Shown piece by piece: positions 1-8,753 of a DNA stretch of 40,000 nucleotides. The notes beneath the pieces were generated by a model, which did not search any database, had not been told where the DNA came from, and worked only from the letters and a program-made list of their open reading frames with translations. Location of the stretch: assembly GCA_046330595.1 (NCBI GenBank), contig JAXLSN010000009.1:271789-311788 (forward strand). The letters are read 5' to 3'. The position numbers and the translations under genes were made by a program. The stretch's first letter is position 1. Each line of letters starts with the position of its first letter. This DNA comes from Nocardioidaceae bacterium (GTDB taxonomy: Bacteria; Actinomycetota; Actinomycetes; Propionibacteriales; Nocardioidaceae).

Positions 1-932
1 TGGGGCGCCATGAGCGACCAGTCGACATCACGCTGCAGCAGCCGGACGGCCTCGGGCAGGTCATCGGCGATGACATGCGCCACGGAGCCGATCACGGCGT
101 ACTCGTCGAAGGTCCACGTCGCGAACGTCGCCGGGAACGGCTCCCGCTGGATCCCGACCGGAACGATGGTGCCGCCCCGCGGAACAGCAGCGAACGCCGA
201 CTCGATGCCGGGCCGCGAGCCGCTCGCCTCGAAGATCACGTCGGGGCGCAGCTCGTGCTCGGCCAGGAAGTCCACCAGGCTCACCTCGCCGGAACGGAAG
301 GTCGCCGCCGCGCCGAGCCGCTTCGCCAGGTCCAGGCGTGCTGGGTCGAGGTCGGTCACGACCACGTGCGCGCCGAGCGCGGACGCGGCCACGGTGAGAT
401 AGCCACCGATCCCACCGACCCCGATGACCACGGCCACCTGGTCGGCACGGAGCCCGCTCCGTCGTACGGCGTGGACGGCGATGGCCATGGGCTGCGCCAT
501 CGCGAGCGTGTCGAACGCGAGCCCGGACCCGCTCACGTCGAGCAGCGTCGACGCCGGCACGACGGCATGGCCCGCCAGGCCTCCGTCGCGATGGAAACCG
601 ACCGTGTGATAGCTCAGGCAGAGGTTGGTCCTGCCCTCGACGCAGCGGGAGCAGGAGCCACACGAGACCCCGGCTCCACTCACCACCCGCGCCCCGACCG
701 ACAGTCCGCTGACACCGTCACCGACGGCCTCCACCACCCCGGTGAACTCGTGGCCGAGCACGACGGGGGGAGCTGCGAGCACCGGCCCGTGTGACCACTC
801 GGCGGCGTCACTGCCACAGATGCCGCACCCCATCACCTTGACCAGGACCTCGCCCGGACCGAGGGGCGCCAGGTCGCGTTCCTCGATCCGGACGTCGCCC
901 GCGGCATGGAGGACGGCGGCGCGGGCCCTCAT
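1..932 (-). CDS. Zn-dependent alcohol dehydrogenase, MDR superfamily (threonine/sorbitol/butanediol-dehydrogenase-like); 3' end lies beyond the window start
   Basis: Absent from the ORF track because there is no stop inside the window. Hand translation of the minus strand from ATG 932..930 gives MRARAAVLHAAGDVRIEERDLAPLGPGEVLVKVMGCGICGSDAAEW..LGHEFTGVVEAVG..CGSCSRCVEGRTNLC..VIGVGGIGGY. This shows the catalytic-Zn motif, the structural-Zn 4-Cys loop and a GxGxxG. ATGA overlap with the upstream stop (929-932). Confidence 0.85.
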   Translation of the reverse strand, partial: MRARAAVLHAAGDVRIEERDLAPLGPGEVLVKVMGCGICGSDAAEWSHGPVLAAPPVVLGHEFTGVVEAVGDGVSGLSVGARVVSGAGVSCGSCSRCVEGRTNLCLSYHTVGFHRDGGLAGHAVVPASTLLDVSGSGLAFDTLAMAQPMAIAVHAVRRSGLRADQVAVVIGVGGIGGYLTVAASALGAHVVVTDLDPARLDLAKRLGAAATFRSGEVSLVDFLAEHELRPDVIFEASGSRPGIESAFAAVPRGGTIVPVGIQREPFPATFATWTFDEYAVIGSVAHVIADDLPEAVRLLQRDVDWSLMAP

Positions 933-1281
933 CCGACCTCCGAGGTGAGCGCCTCGGCACCTGTCGGGCCAGGACTCGTCAGCACAGCACGCTCGACGGG
1001 CAGCTGCGCCGCCTCACGGCTCTCGATCATCCAGCTGAACCAGTCGGTGTAGGTCTGCTGGTGGGCGGCCGAGTCGAGATAGGCCGCGAGCCCGGCCTCG
1101 TCGTCCACGACGGCGGCCACGGCGTAGTCGGCGCCGGGTCGCAGTCGCAGGTTGGGGCCGCAGACATAGCTGCGCACCTCGGGGATGGCGCTCGCCATGG
1201 CGCGCAAGGCCGCGGTCAGTCCATCGACGTCCTCCTCCGTCACGCTCGGTTTCCAGGTGAAGGTGACCAGGTGCAGGATCA
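929..1281 (-). CDS. Dabb (stress-responsive alpha/beta-barrel) domain protein
   Basis: The ORF 929..1357 contains VILHLVTFTWKPSVTEEDVDGLTAALRAMASAIPEVRSY..DYAVAAVVDDEAGLAAYLDSAAHQ, typical of Dabb. The GTG at 1281 overlaps the upstream amidohydrolase stop (GTGA), so I prefer it to the listed ATG at 1357. Confidence 0.75.
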
Positions 1282-2706
1282 CGCGTCGTTCCTGTAGGTG
1301 TAGGGGTTCGGGATCGTCTCGTTCTCGGGGATCTCGGGGTGCATGCCCGCATCCCACTGGTCGCCGATCTTGCTGCGGACATAGTCGACCGACGCGGCCA
1401 CCGCGTCGCGGGCCGGGCCGACATCGAGGTCGATGCGGCGTCCGTCGTACTTGACCACCTTGCCGTCGACCACGACGGTGTGGATGTCGGCGGTGTTGGC
1501 CTGGTAGACGACGTGGACATAGGGGTTGAGGATCGGCGTCATCGCCGGTGACTGGTCATTCTTGATCAGCAGGAGGTCGGCCTTCTTGCCCACCGTGATG
1601 GAGCCGATGGTGTCGGCCATGCCCAGCGAGGTCGCGCCACCCATCGTGGCGGCCCGGACGATGTCCTCGGCCCGGAGCGCGTTGGCGTTGATGGTCTCGC
1701 CCTTGGCGTGGGCCTCGAGGTGGTCACGCGACCGGTCGGCGCTGAGGGTCGCCCGCATGGCCGAGAAGAAGTCGGCGCTCCACCAGACGCTGGTGTCCAT
1801 CGACAGTGAGAACGGGATGCCGTGCTTGCGGATCGCCCAGGTCGAGGGATAGCCCTGACCGGCACTCTGCTCGCTCTCGGTCGCCACCGACACGGTGCCG
1901 CCCGTGGCCGCGATCATGTTGTAGCTGTCGGCACTGAGGCTCGAGGCGTGGACGTAGGTCACGTCGGGCCCCATGCAGCCCGCGTCGTACATCCGGCGCA
2001 CCTGGTCGTCGCCGTTGGCTCCCCACACACCGGCGTGGGTGGTCACGCGCAGGCCCAGCTCGCGCGCGGCCCGGAAGGCGGCCTCCTCCTGGAAGGTCTC
2101 CGCGTCGGTCACGTCGAAGGCGACGTTGAGGGTCACCAGGTCGCTCCGCGTCGCGTTGCGCTCGACGAACGACCGGAACTCCGGCGAGGTCGCCCAGTCC
2201 CAGGGCGCGCCCATGTAGTTGCCGTAGGCCAGCACGAAGCGACCAGGGATCTCGCTGAAGGCCTGGAGCGCGGCCTCACCGTGGTCGGTGGTGCGCAGCC
2301 CGTGGGACCAGTCCAACGTGGTGGTGACGCCGGTGTCGACCGACTCGAGGGCGCTCAGCAGGTTGCCGGCATAGATGTCCTCGGGGCGGAAGATGTCGCC
2401 CCAGGTGAGGTAGTAGAAGACGAAGTACTGGCTCAGCGCCCAGTCGCCGCCATAGCCGCGCAGCGCTGTCTGCCACATGTGGCGGTGGGTGTCGACCATG
2501 CCGGGCATGAGGATCCCGCCGCTGCCGTCGATCTCGACGGCCCCCTCGGGCGCCTCGAGCCGAGGCCCCACCGCCGCGATCGTGTCGTCGACCACGAGGA
2601 CGTCGGCGTTCTCCAGGACGCCGGCCGAGTCGACGGTGATCACGGTGGCGTTACGGAAGACCAGCGGGCGGCCCGCCTCGAACGCGGGACGACTCGAGTC
2701 CGACAT
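1279..2706 (-). CDS. Metal-dependent amidohydrolase, ATZ/TRZ-deaminase/chlorohydrolase-like (paralog A1)
   Basis: ORF 1279..2745. The internal start MSDSSRPAFE at 2706 is preceded by a GGAGGG SD. HxH metal motif in PGMVDTHRHMWQTALRG; ~475 aa; paralogous to 7361..8746. Confidence 0.9.
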   Translation of the reverse strand: MSDSSRPAFEAGRPLVFRNATVITVDSAGVLENADVLVVDDTIAAVGPRLEAPEGAVEIDGSGGILMPGMVDTHRHMWQTALRGYGGDWALSQYFVFYYLTWGDIFRPEDIYAGNLLSALESVDTGVTTTLDWSHGLRTTDHGEAALQAFSEIPGRFVLAYGNYMGAPWDWATSPEFRSFVERNATRSDLVTLNVAFDVTDAETFQEEAAFRAARELGLRVTTHAGVWGANGDDQVRRMYDAGCMGPDVTYVHASSLSADSYNMIAATGGTVSVATESEQSAGQGYPSTWAIRKHGIPFSLSMDTSVWWSADFFSAMRATLSADRSRDHLEAHAKGETINANALRAEDIVRAATMGGATSLGMADTIGSITVGKKADLLLIKNDQSPAMTPILNPYVHVVYQANTADIHTVVVDGKVVKYDGRRIDLDVGPARDAVAASVDYVRSKIGDQWDAGMHPEIPENETIPNPYTYRNDA

Positions 2707-2806
2707 AGTGTTCCCTCCTGGTAGACGAATTAAGTGATACTGCACACACTACTGAACAGGCATCCTCCCGACTAGAGGGTGACCCCCATCACTTGCACCT
2801 GGGAGG

Positions 2807-3850
2807 ATGACAGCGATGACCGGACCTCGTGTGGCCGTCCTGGGCTCCGGCGCCAACGGCACCTCGATCGGGGTGGACCTGGCGTTGGCCGGCACCGACG
2901 TGACCCTGATCGAGCAGTGGCCGGCACACGTGGAGGCGATGCGCTCCGCGGGAGCACGGGTGCTGTCCGACGATGGTGAACAGGTCGCGCGCCCCCCGGT
3001 GCACCACCTGTGCGAGGTGGCCGAGATGCGGGAGCCGTTCGACATCGTCCTCATGGTGATGAAGGCCTATGACAGCCGGTGGGCCGCCGAGCTGATCTCC
3101 TCCGTGCTGGCCCCCGACGGGCTCCTCGTGGGCGTGCAGAACGGCATGACCGCGGACGTCATCGCCGAGGTGGTCGGACCGGACCGCACGCTGGGCTGCG
3201 TGATCGAGTGTTCGGCAGCGATGCACGACCCCGGCGTCGTACGTCGCTATACGCCGCCGTCCAGCGCCTGGTTCGCCGTCGGATCGCTGACGCCGGCCAC
3301 GGCGGGACGAGAGCACGAGGTCGCCGACCTGTTGCGCCACAGCGGCACCGTCGCCGGGATCGACGACATCCGCTCGGCGAAGTGGATGAAGCTGGTCAGC
3401 AACTGCTCGGTCCTCGCGCCCACCGCGTCGCTGGGCCTCCCCATGGCCGATGCGATCGACGTGCCCGGGTTCCGGGCGCTCATGGTCGCCGCCGGTGAGG
3501 AGGCGCTCGCGGTCGGACGAGCGGCCGGCTATGCGACGCTGCCGATCTTCGGCCTCGAGGCGGCGGACGTCGCCCGACCCGAGACGCTCGTCGACGTGAT
3601 GCTGGAGCGGCTCTATCGGCAGTTCGTGAAGCCGGGCGCCACCACCACGGTGCTCCACGACTGGGAGAAGGGCCGGCGCAGCGAGGCCGGCGACCTCAAC
3701 GGGCTCGTGTCCACCCTGGGCGGCGAACACGGCATCGCCACGCCCGTCAACGACGCCGTCTACGCGCTGGCGCGCGACATCGAGACCGGCCGCAGCCGAC
3801 CGTCGCCCGACCACGCCCCGCGACTCCTGGAGCGCACCGGGCTCGGGTGA
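2807..3850 (+). CDS. 2-dehydropantoate 2-reductase family oxidoreductase (ApbA/PanE-like), paralog 1
   Basis: 347-aa ORF with N-terminal Rossmann VAVLGSGANG, a conserved Lys region SAKWMKLVSN and Glu region HDWEKGRRSE. The GGGAGG at 2801-2806 fits the second ATG (2816) better than 2807. Confidence 0.85.
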   Translation: MTAMTGPRVAVLGSGANGTSIGVDLALAGTDVTLIEQWPAHVEAMRSAGARVLSDDGEQVARPPVHHLCEVAEMREPFDIVLMVMKAYDSRWAAELISSVLAPDGLLVGVQNGMTADVIAEVVGPDRTLGCVIECSAAMHDPGVVRRYTPPSSAWFAVGSLTPATAGREHEVADLLRHSGTVAGIDDIRSAKWMKLVSNCSVLAPTASLGLPMADAIDVPGFRALMVAAGEEALAVGRAAGYATLPIFGLEAADVARPETLVDVMLERLYRQFVKPGATTTVLHDWEKGRRSEAGDLNGLVSTLGGEHGIATPVNDAVYALARDIETGRSRPSPDHAPRLLERTGLG

Positions 3851-3855
3851 CCCGC

Positions 3856-4565
3856 TCAGGTGACGTTGACGGCCCGGTCCACGTTGAGGTTCTGCGCCGA
3901 CACCCCGTGGTTGTCCAGCAGGAACCGTGTCGCTCCCACGACGTCGGCCATCGTGGCGAGCTCACCGCCCGGCGTCCGGGCCTTGACGGCGTCGAGCGCC
4001 GCCAGCTTGTCCGCCCAGAACGGGCTGTCTCCGATGATCCCGGGATGGAGCGCGTTGACGCGGATCGGCGCGAGCTCCAGCGCCAAGGTCGTGACCATGC
4101 CCGTGACGCCGCCATTGATGGTCGACACGGTGGTCGAGCCGGGGTAGGGGGCATCCTTGGCGCGGCCCCCGAACAGCACGATCCCCGTCGACCGGTCGCG
4201 CACGAGGCGGTCGCCGAGGGCGTGGATCACCTCGGTGTAGCCCACCAACTTGAGGGTGACCAGGGCGATCGCGCCCGCCACGTCGTAGTCCTTCACGGTG
4301 TTGGCGTCGCGGTAGATGGCTGACAGCACCAAGCCGTTGACGGTGCCGACGTCGGCGAGGGCGGCGGCGATGGTGGCCGGCTCGGAGAGGTTGAGGGCCA
4401 GGCCGCTGACGGAGCCGTCGATCGTGGCGGCGACATCGCGCGTGCGCGCCTCGTCGCGGCCGGTGATGATGACGTGCTCGCCACGGGCGGCGGCGTCCTT
4501 GGCGATCTCCAGGCCGATGCCGGAGGTGCCGCCGACGACGATGACGGTGCGGGGGGTTCGCTCAT
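3856..4565 (-). CDS. Short-chain dehydrogenase/reductase-fold protein; 5' end out of frame with its only plausible start, and the classical YxxxK is not recognisable
   Basis: The SDR frame reads ..RTVIVVGGTSGIGLEIAKDAAARGEHVIITGRD..VNALHPGII.. down to the stop at 3856. An in-frame TAA lies just upstream of the Rossmann motif. The first in-frame start is the GTG at 4332 (the ORF-track start), which would delete the NAD(P) site. The ATG at 4565..4563 is one nucleotide out of frame, and a 6-G run (4551-4556, C6 on the coding strand) lies between it and the Rossmann motif. Confidence 0.7.
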
Positions 4566-4660
4566 GCTGAACTCTTTACCGGTGGGCTGGCCTGGGCTAC
4601 CAGGACGGGTGGCAAGACGGTTCGCGAGCGTCGAGCATCGGGACGGGCGCGCGGCCGGTG

Positions 4661-5677
4661 TCAGAGTCCTAGCAGGAGGTCGAGGTTGGCACTGCTGCGC
4701 GGCAGGTCGCCCCGCTCGATGCGGAGGGCGAGGTCCACGGTGTGGGCGTTGTACGGCGCCTTCTCGCCGGCCTTCTCCAGCACCCGGACCACCAGGCCGT
4801 TGACGTCCTCGACCTCGGCCCGACGGCCCTTCATCCAGTCCTGGAGCACCGTGGTCAGCGTGTCGGGGCGGGAGAACTTCTCGAGCACCTGCCCGAGCAG
4901 GTCCTCGGCGTACTGGTCGGGGCCGGTGACGTCGTCGTCGGCGAGGCCGAAGATGGGCACGAGCGTGCAGCCGTCGGCGATCGCGGCTCGCGCCGCCTCC
5001 TTGCCGCACTCGACCATGAACTCGTGCACGCCCGGGATGCGCACGGCCTCGGCGAGGGGCACGTCGAGGATCGCCGAGGGCACGAGCTCACCCGCGTTGG
5101 CGACCAGCTTCATCCACTTGGAGGAGCGGATGTCGGCAGAGATCTCGACGGTCCCGGCATGGCGGAGCACCGCGCGTACCTCCTCCTCGCGCCCGCGCGC
5201 CGCGTCGTCATAGGCACCGACCGCGAACCAGGAGTCTGCGGGCGCGTTCTGTCGGGTCACCACGCCGGGCTCGAACATGTTGGACGCCATCTCGATGACC
5301 GCGCCGATCGTGCGGTGCGGCCCGACGATCGAGGCGACGTCGTCGATGGTCATCCCGTTCTGCAGGCCGACCACCAGGCCATCGGGTGCCACCAGCGGCT
5401 TGATCAGCTCGACCGCCCACCGCGTGTCATAGGCCTTGACGAGCACGAACACGATGTCGAACGGCTCTCGCAGCGTCGCCACCTCGCACAGGTGCAGCGC
5501 TCGGACCTGGGTCACCTGGGTCTCATCGGGGAGCCGGACCTCGATCCCGGAGGCCCGCATGGCCTCCACGTGTGCCGGCCACTGCTCGATATAGGTGACA
5601 TCGAGCCCGGCACGCGTCAGGTCGGCCGCGATGGAGGCGCCTTGGGCGCCGGTGCCCACGAACGCGATGCGCGTCAC
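4661..5677 (-). CDS. 2-dehydropantoate 2-reductase family oxidoreductase (ApbA/PanE-like), paralog 2
   Basis: 338-aa ORF with IAFVGTGAQG, SSKWMKLVAN and QDWMKGRRAE. GTG start at 5677 with an AGGGAG SD 6 nt upstream. About half the residues are identical to 2807..3850 by eye. Confidence 0.85.
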   Translation of the reverse strand: MTRIAFVGTGAQGASIAADLTRAGLDVTYIEQWPAHVEAMRASGIEVRLPDETQVTQVRALHLCEVATLREPFDIVFVLVKAYDTRWAVELIKPLVAPDGLVVGLQNGMTIDDVASIVGPHRTIGAVIEMASNMFEPGVVTRQNAPADSWFAVGAYDDAARGREEEVRAVLRHAGTVEISADIRSSKWMKLVANAGELVPSAILDVPLAEAVRIPGVHEFMVECGKEAARAAIADGCTLVPIFGLADDDVTGPDQYAEDLLGQVLEKFSRPDTLTTVLQDWMKGRRAEVEDVNGLVVRVLEKAGEKAPYNAHTVDLALRIERGDLPRSSANLDLLLGL

Positions 5678-5877
5678 GGATCACTCCCTGCTGTCGGTGG
5701 CTGCCCGCCGCCCCGCGCGGACGATGGGTCGAGACGGCCACACCGTACATCTGGACTTCACACTGTGTACAGGATAGAAAGACACTCCTCGGCAACTTCC
5801 CCCGGTGGAACCCCGGTGCTCGCGGCACGAGGACTCCGCCGACGTTCATCTTCAGTGAATCCGTCAGGAGCGATGCC

Positions 5878-7245
5878 ATGGCCGCCACGACCCTCATCAG
5901 CAACGCCGCCGTCGTCACCATGGACCCGGCCCTCGGCGACTTCGAGCGCGCCGACATCCTGGTCCGGGACGGCACGATCGTCGCGGTCGGGCCCGGTCTG
6001 GCCGACGGAGGGACGATCGACGCGGAGGTCATCGACGCGTCGAGCATGATCGCGATGCCCGGCATGGTCGACACCCATCGCCACACCTGGCAGACCGCCC
6101 TGCGCGGCATCCTCGCCGACGGCAACATCCCCGACTACCTGCGCGGGATCTGGCCTCCAGATGGCGCCGCGCTACCGGCCCTGGTGACATGTATGTCGGC
6201 AACTACCTGGGCGCCCTCGACGCCATCAACTGCGGCGTCACCAGCATCGTCGACTACCGCCAACATCCTCGAGCCCGGACCACGCCCACGTCGGTCCAGG
6301 GACTCCTCGACGCCGGCATCCGGGGTCTCTACGCCCACGGCATGACCCCGGTCACCGAGAACACGTGGTCGGAGAGCAAGGGCGGCACCGTCGGAGGCGA
6401 CGGCAACCCGGCCAGCTATGCCACGCGCGAGCACCTGGCCCGTCAGATCAGGAACGACTACTTCTCCGCCGACGGCGTGCTCCGGTTCGGGATGGCACCC
6501 CAGGAGCTGGCGATCACCCCCGAGGGCGAGGTCGTCCGCGAGTACGCCCTGGCCCGCGAGCTCGGCGCCAGGATGACGCAGCACGCCAACCAGGTGATGG
6601 TCCGGCAGCTGTTCAAGGTCGTCGAGGCGCTGCACCGACTTCAGCCACCGGCGATTGCTCCGTTGCGCTGGTGCACTGCACGTTCAACACCCCCGAGGAG
6701 TGGGACCTGCTCGACGACAGCGGGGTGATGGTCTCGGTGTGCGCCGAGACCGAGATGCAGATGGGGATGGGCTACCCCGCCATCTCGGAGGTGACCCGAC
6801 ACACGCCCGGACCGAGCCTCGGGATCGACTGCGTCAGCGGCAACAGCGGCGACATGATCTCCCACAGCCGCCTCGTGCTCCAGGCCAGCCGCTACCGGGC
6901 CGACGAGCCCGGCTATCAGCAGTGGCTCGCCCCCCAGGTGATGTCCTGGACGACCAGGGACGCGCTGTCCTGGATCACGATCAACGGCGCCAAGGCAGCC
7001 GGCGTCGACGACGTTGCCGGCTCCCTCACGCCAGGCAAGCGGGCCGACATCGTCCTGCTCGAGATGGGCGGCGTCAGCCAGGCCGGGCTGGAACCGGCAC
7101 GACCCCGCCGGGGCGATCATCTCGCAGGCCCACGCCGGGTGCGTCGACACCGTCCAGCTCGATTTCGGCCGGGTACCGGTCAAGCGATGGCCGCCTGGTC
7201 CACGTCGAGGGCAGCCTCTGGTGCTGTGAGTTCACTGCTGCTTAA
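5878..7245 (+). pseudogene. Amidohydrolase paralog A2, multiply frameshifted and 3'-truncated
   Basis: Similarity to A1/A3 is recovered only by hopping frames. The segments are: 5878-6150 (..GMVDTHRHTWQTALRG..DYLRGI); 6152-6181 (GLQMAPRYRP); 6183-6257 (GDMYVGNYLGALDAINCGVTSIVDY); 6259-6276 (ANILEP); 6278-6292 (DHAHV); 6294-~6635 (VQGLLDAGIRGLYAHG..ELGARMTQHAN); ~6647-7090 (VALVHCTFNTPEEW..CAETEMQMGMGYP..GKRADIVLLE); 7092-~7184 (NRHDPAGAIISQAHAGCVDTV); 7186-7245 (DGRLVHVE, then a stop about 45 codons early). Confidence 0.8.
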
Positions 7246-7263
7246 CGAATTGATAACCAGCGC

Positions 7264-7292
7264 TTGACGACGTGAAGGGTGACTTCTAGTCT
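7264..7292 (+). promoter_or_regulatory. Candidate sigma-70-type promoter for amidohydrolase A3
   Basis: TTGACG (7264-7269), a 17-nt spacer, then TAGTCT (7287-7292, fits TANNNT), ~70 nt upstream of ATG 7361. Pattern match only. Confidence 0.3.
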
Positions 7293-7360
7293 CGTGCACA
7301 GCCGATGAACGTGATGCACGTCACCTCACCAGTCTCGACGCCGTACGAAGGAGACTCCCC

Positions 7361-8746
7361 ATGACCCAGCGCACGCTCCTCCATGGCGGCACGGTGATCA
7401 CGGCGGCCGCCGTGGGCGAGGTGCTCCCCGACACCGACATCCTCATCGGCACCGACGGGACCATCGAGGCCATCGGCCACGGGCTCACCGCCGAGGCCGA
7501 GGTGGTCGACGTCAGCGGTCGTGTCGTGCTCCCCGGCTTCGTGGACACCCACCGCCACACCTGGCAGTCGGTGGTGCGCAACGTCGCGTCGGACTGGTCG
7601 CTGACCGAGTACCTCGCAGGGCTTCACACCGGCCTGAGCAAGTACTTCCGTCCCGAGGACACCTACGCCGGCAACTACCTCGGCGCCCTCGAGGCGCTCG
7701 ACTCGGGCATCACGACGCTCGTCGACTGGTCGCACAACCTCGCTACACCCGCCCACGCCGACGCGGCCATCGCGGCCCTCAAGGACACCGGGATGCGCGC
7801 GGTCTTCGCGCACGGCGGCGGGTCCCGCCAGTGGGGAGCGCCGCTGCCCTCCCCGCACGACCACCCCGCCGCGGACGCTCGCCGCATCCGCGACCAGTAC
7901 TTCTCCGACAACACCGGCCTGGTGACGATGGCGCTCGCCCTGCGCGGCCCGCAGTTCACGACCCCCGAGGTCAACGCCCACGACTTCCGACTCGCCCAGG
8001 ACCTCGACCTGCGCGTGACCGTCCACGTCGGTGACGGCTACCGGGGCAAGTCCGGACCGATCCGCAAGCTGCGCGACGACGGGTTCCTCTCCGACCGCAC
8101 GACCTATGTGCACTGCTGCACGCTCGGCGACGACGAGCTGCAGATGATCGCCGACTCCGGCGGTACGGCGTCCTGCGCGCCCGACGTCGAGATGCAGATG
8201 GGTCACGGCTTCCCGGCAACCGGACGGCTGCTCAAGGCCGGCGTGCGGCCGACCTTCTCGATCGACGTGTGCTCCTCCAACGGAGGCGACATGTTCGGCA
8301 CGATGCGGACGGCGATCGGGATGCAGCGGGCCCTCGACAACGCCCCCGCGGTGGACACCGGCGAGGTGCTCGAGCGGATCGACCTGAGCTGCGGCGACGT
8401 CATCCAGTTCGCCACGCTCGACGGCGCCCATGCGGCCGGCCTCGACGCGGTCACAGGTTCTCTGGTCGTCGGCAAGGCCGCCGACATCGTCGTACTCGAT
8501 GACCGGTCGCTGGCGATGACGCCGCTCAACAACCCCCTCGGGGCGGTGGTCTACAACGCACACCCCGGGCTGGTGCGCGACGTCTTCGTGCAGGGCAACC
8601 GGGTCAAGCGGGACGGCGTGCTCGTCGGGGTCGACCTCGACCGGCTGCGTGCCATGGCCGTGACCTCGCGCGACTACATCGTCGGAGAGATGCCGGAGGC
8701 GCGCCTTGACGGGTCCTGGCATCCCGACCTCGCCACCCAGCAGTGA
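7361..8746 (+). CDS. Metal-dependent amidohydrolase, ATZ/TRZ-like (paralog A3, intact)
   Basis: 461-aa ORF with an AAGGAG SD upstream. PGFVDTHRHTWQSVVRN HxH motif; colinear with A1 over its full length. Confidence 0.9.
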   Translation: MTQRTLLHGGTVITAAAVGEVLPDTDILIGTDGTIEAIGHGLTAEAEVVDVSGRVVLPGFVDTHRHTWQSVVRNVASDWSLTEYLAGLHTGLSKYFRPEDTYAGNYLGALEALDSGITTLVDWSHNLATPAHADAAIAALKDTGMRAVFAHGGGSRQWGAPLPSPHDHPAADARRIRDQYFSDNTGLVTMALALRGPQFTTPEVNAHDFRLAQDLDLRVTVHVGDGYRGKSGPIRKLRDDGFLSDRTTYVHCCTLGDDELQMIADSGGTASCAPDVEMQMGHGFPATGRLLKAGVRPTFSIDVCSSNGGDMFGTMRTAIGMQRALDNAPAVDTGEVLERIDLSCGDVIQFATLDGAHAAGLDAVTGSLVVGKAADIVVLDDRSLAMTPLNNPLGAVVYNAHPGLVRDVFVQGNRVKRDGVLVGVDLDRLRAMAVTSRDYIVGEMPEARLDGSWHPDLATQQ

Positions 8747-8753
8747 GCCGGCC

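Noticed and set aside
2721-2790. Shared AT-rich motif ACGAATT..GATA and AGGGTGAC between the A1/PanE1 intergenic region and the region upstream of A3 (7245-7285) as a common operator
   Set aside because: The two motifs occur at different spacings and orientations relative to the genes in the two regions. The similarity is short enough to be a remnant of the paralog duplication or chance. It is not reported as a feature.
2909-2937. 29-nt perfect identity between the two PanE-like paralogs (with 5562-5590, inverted) as evidence of recent gene conversion
   Set aside because: The stretch encodes the conserved peptide IEQWPAHVEA. With the extreme G/C third-position codon bias of this genome, identical residues are expected to use identical codons. 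The flanking sequence diverges immediately.
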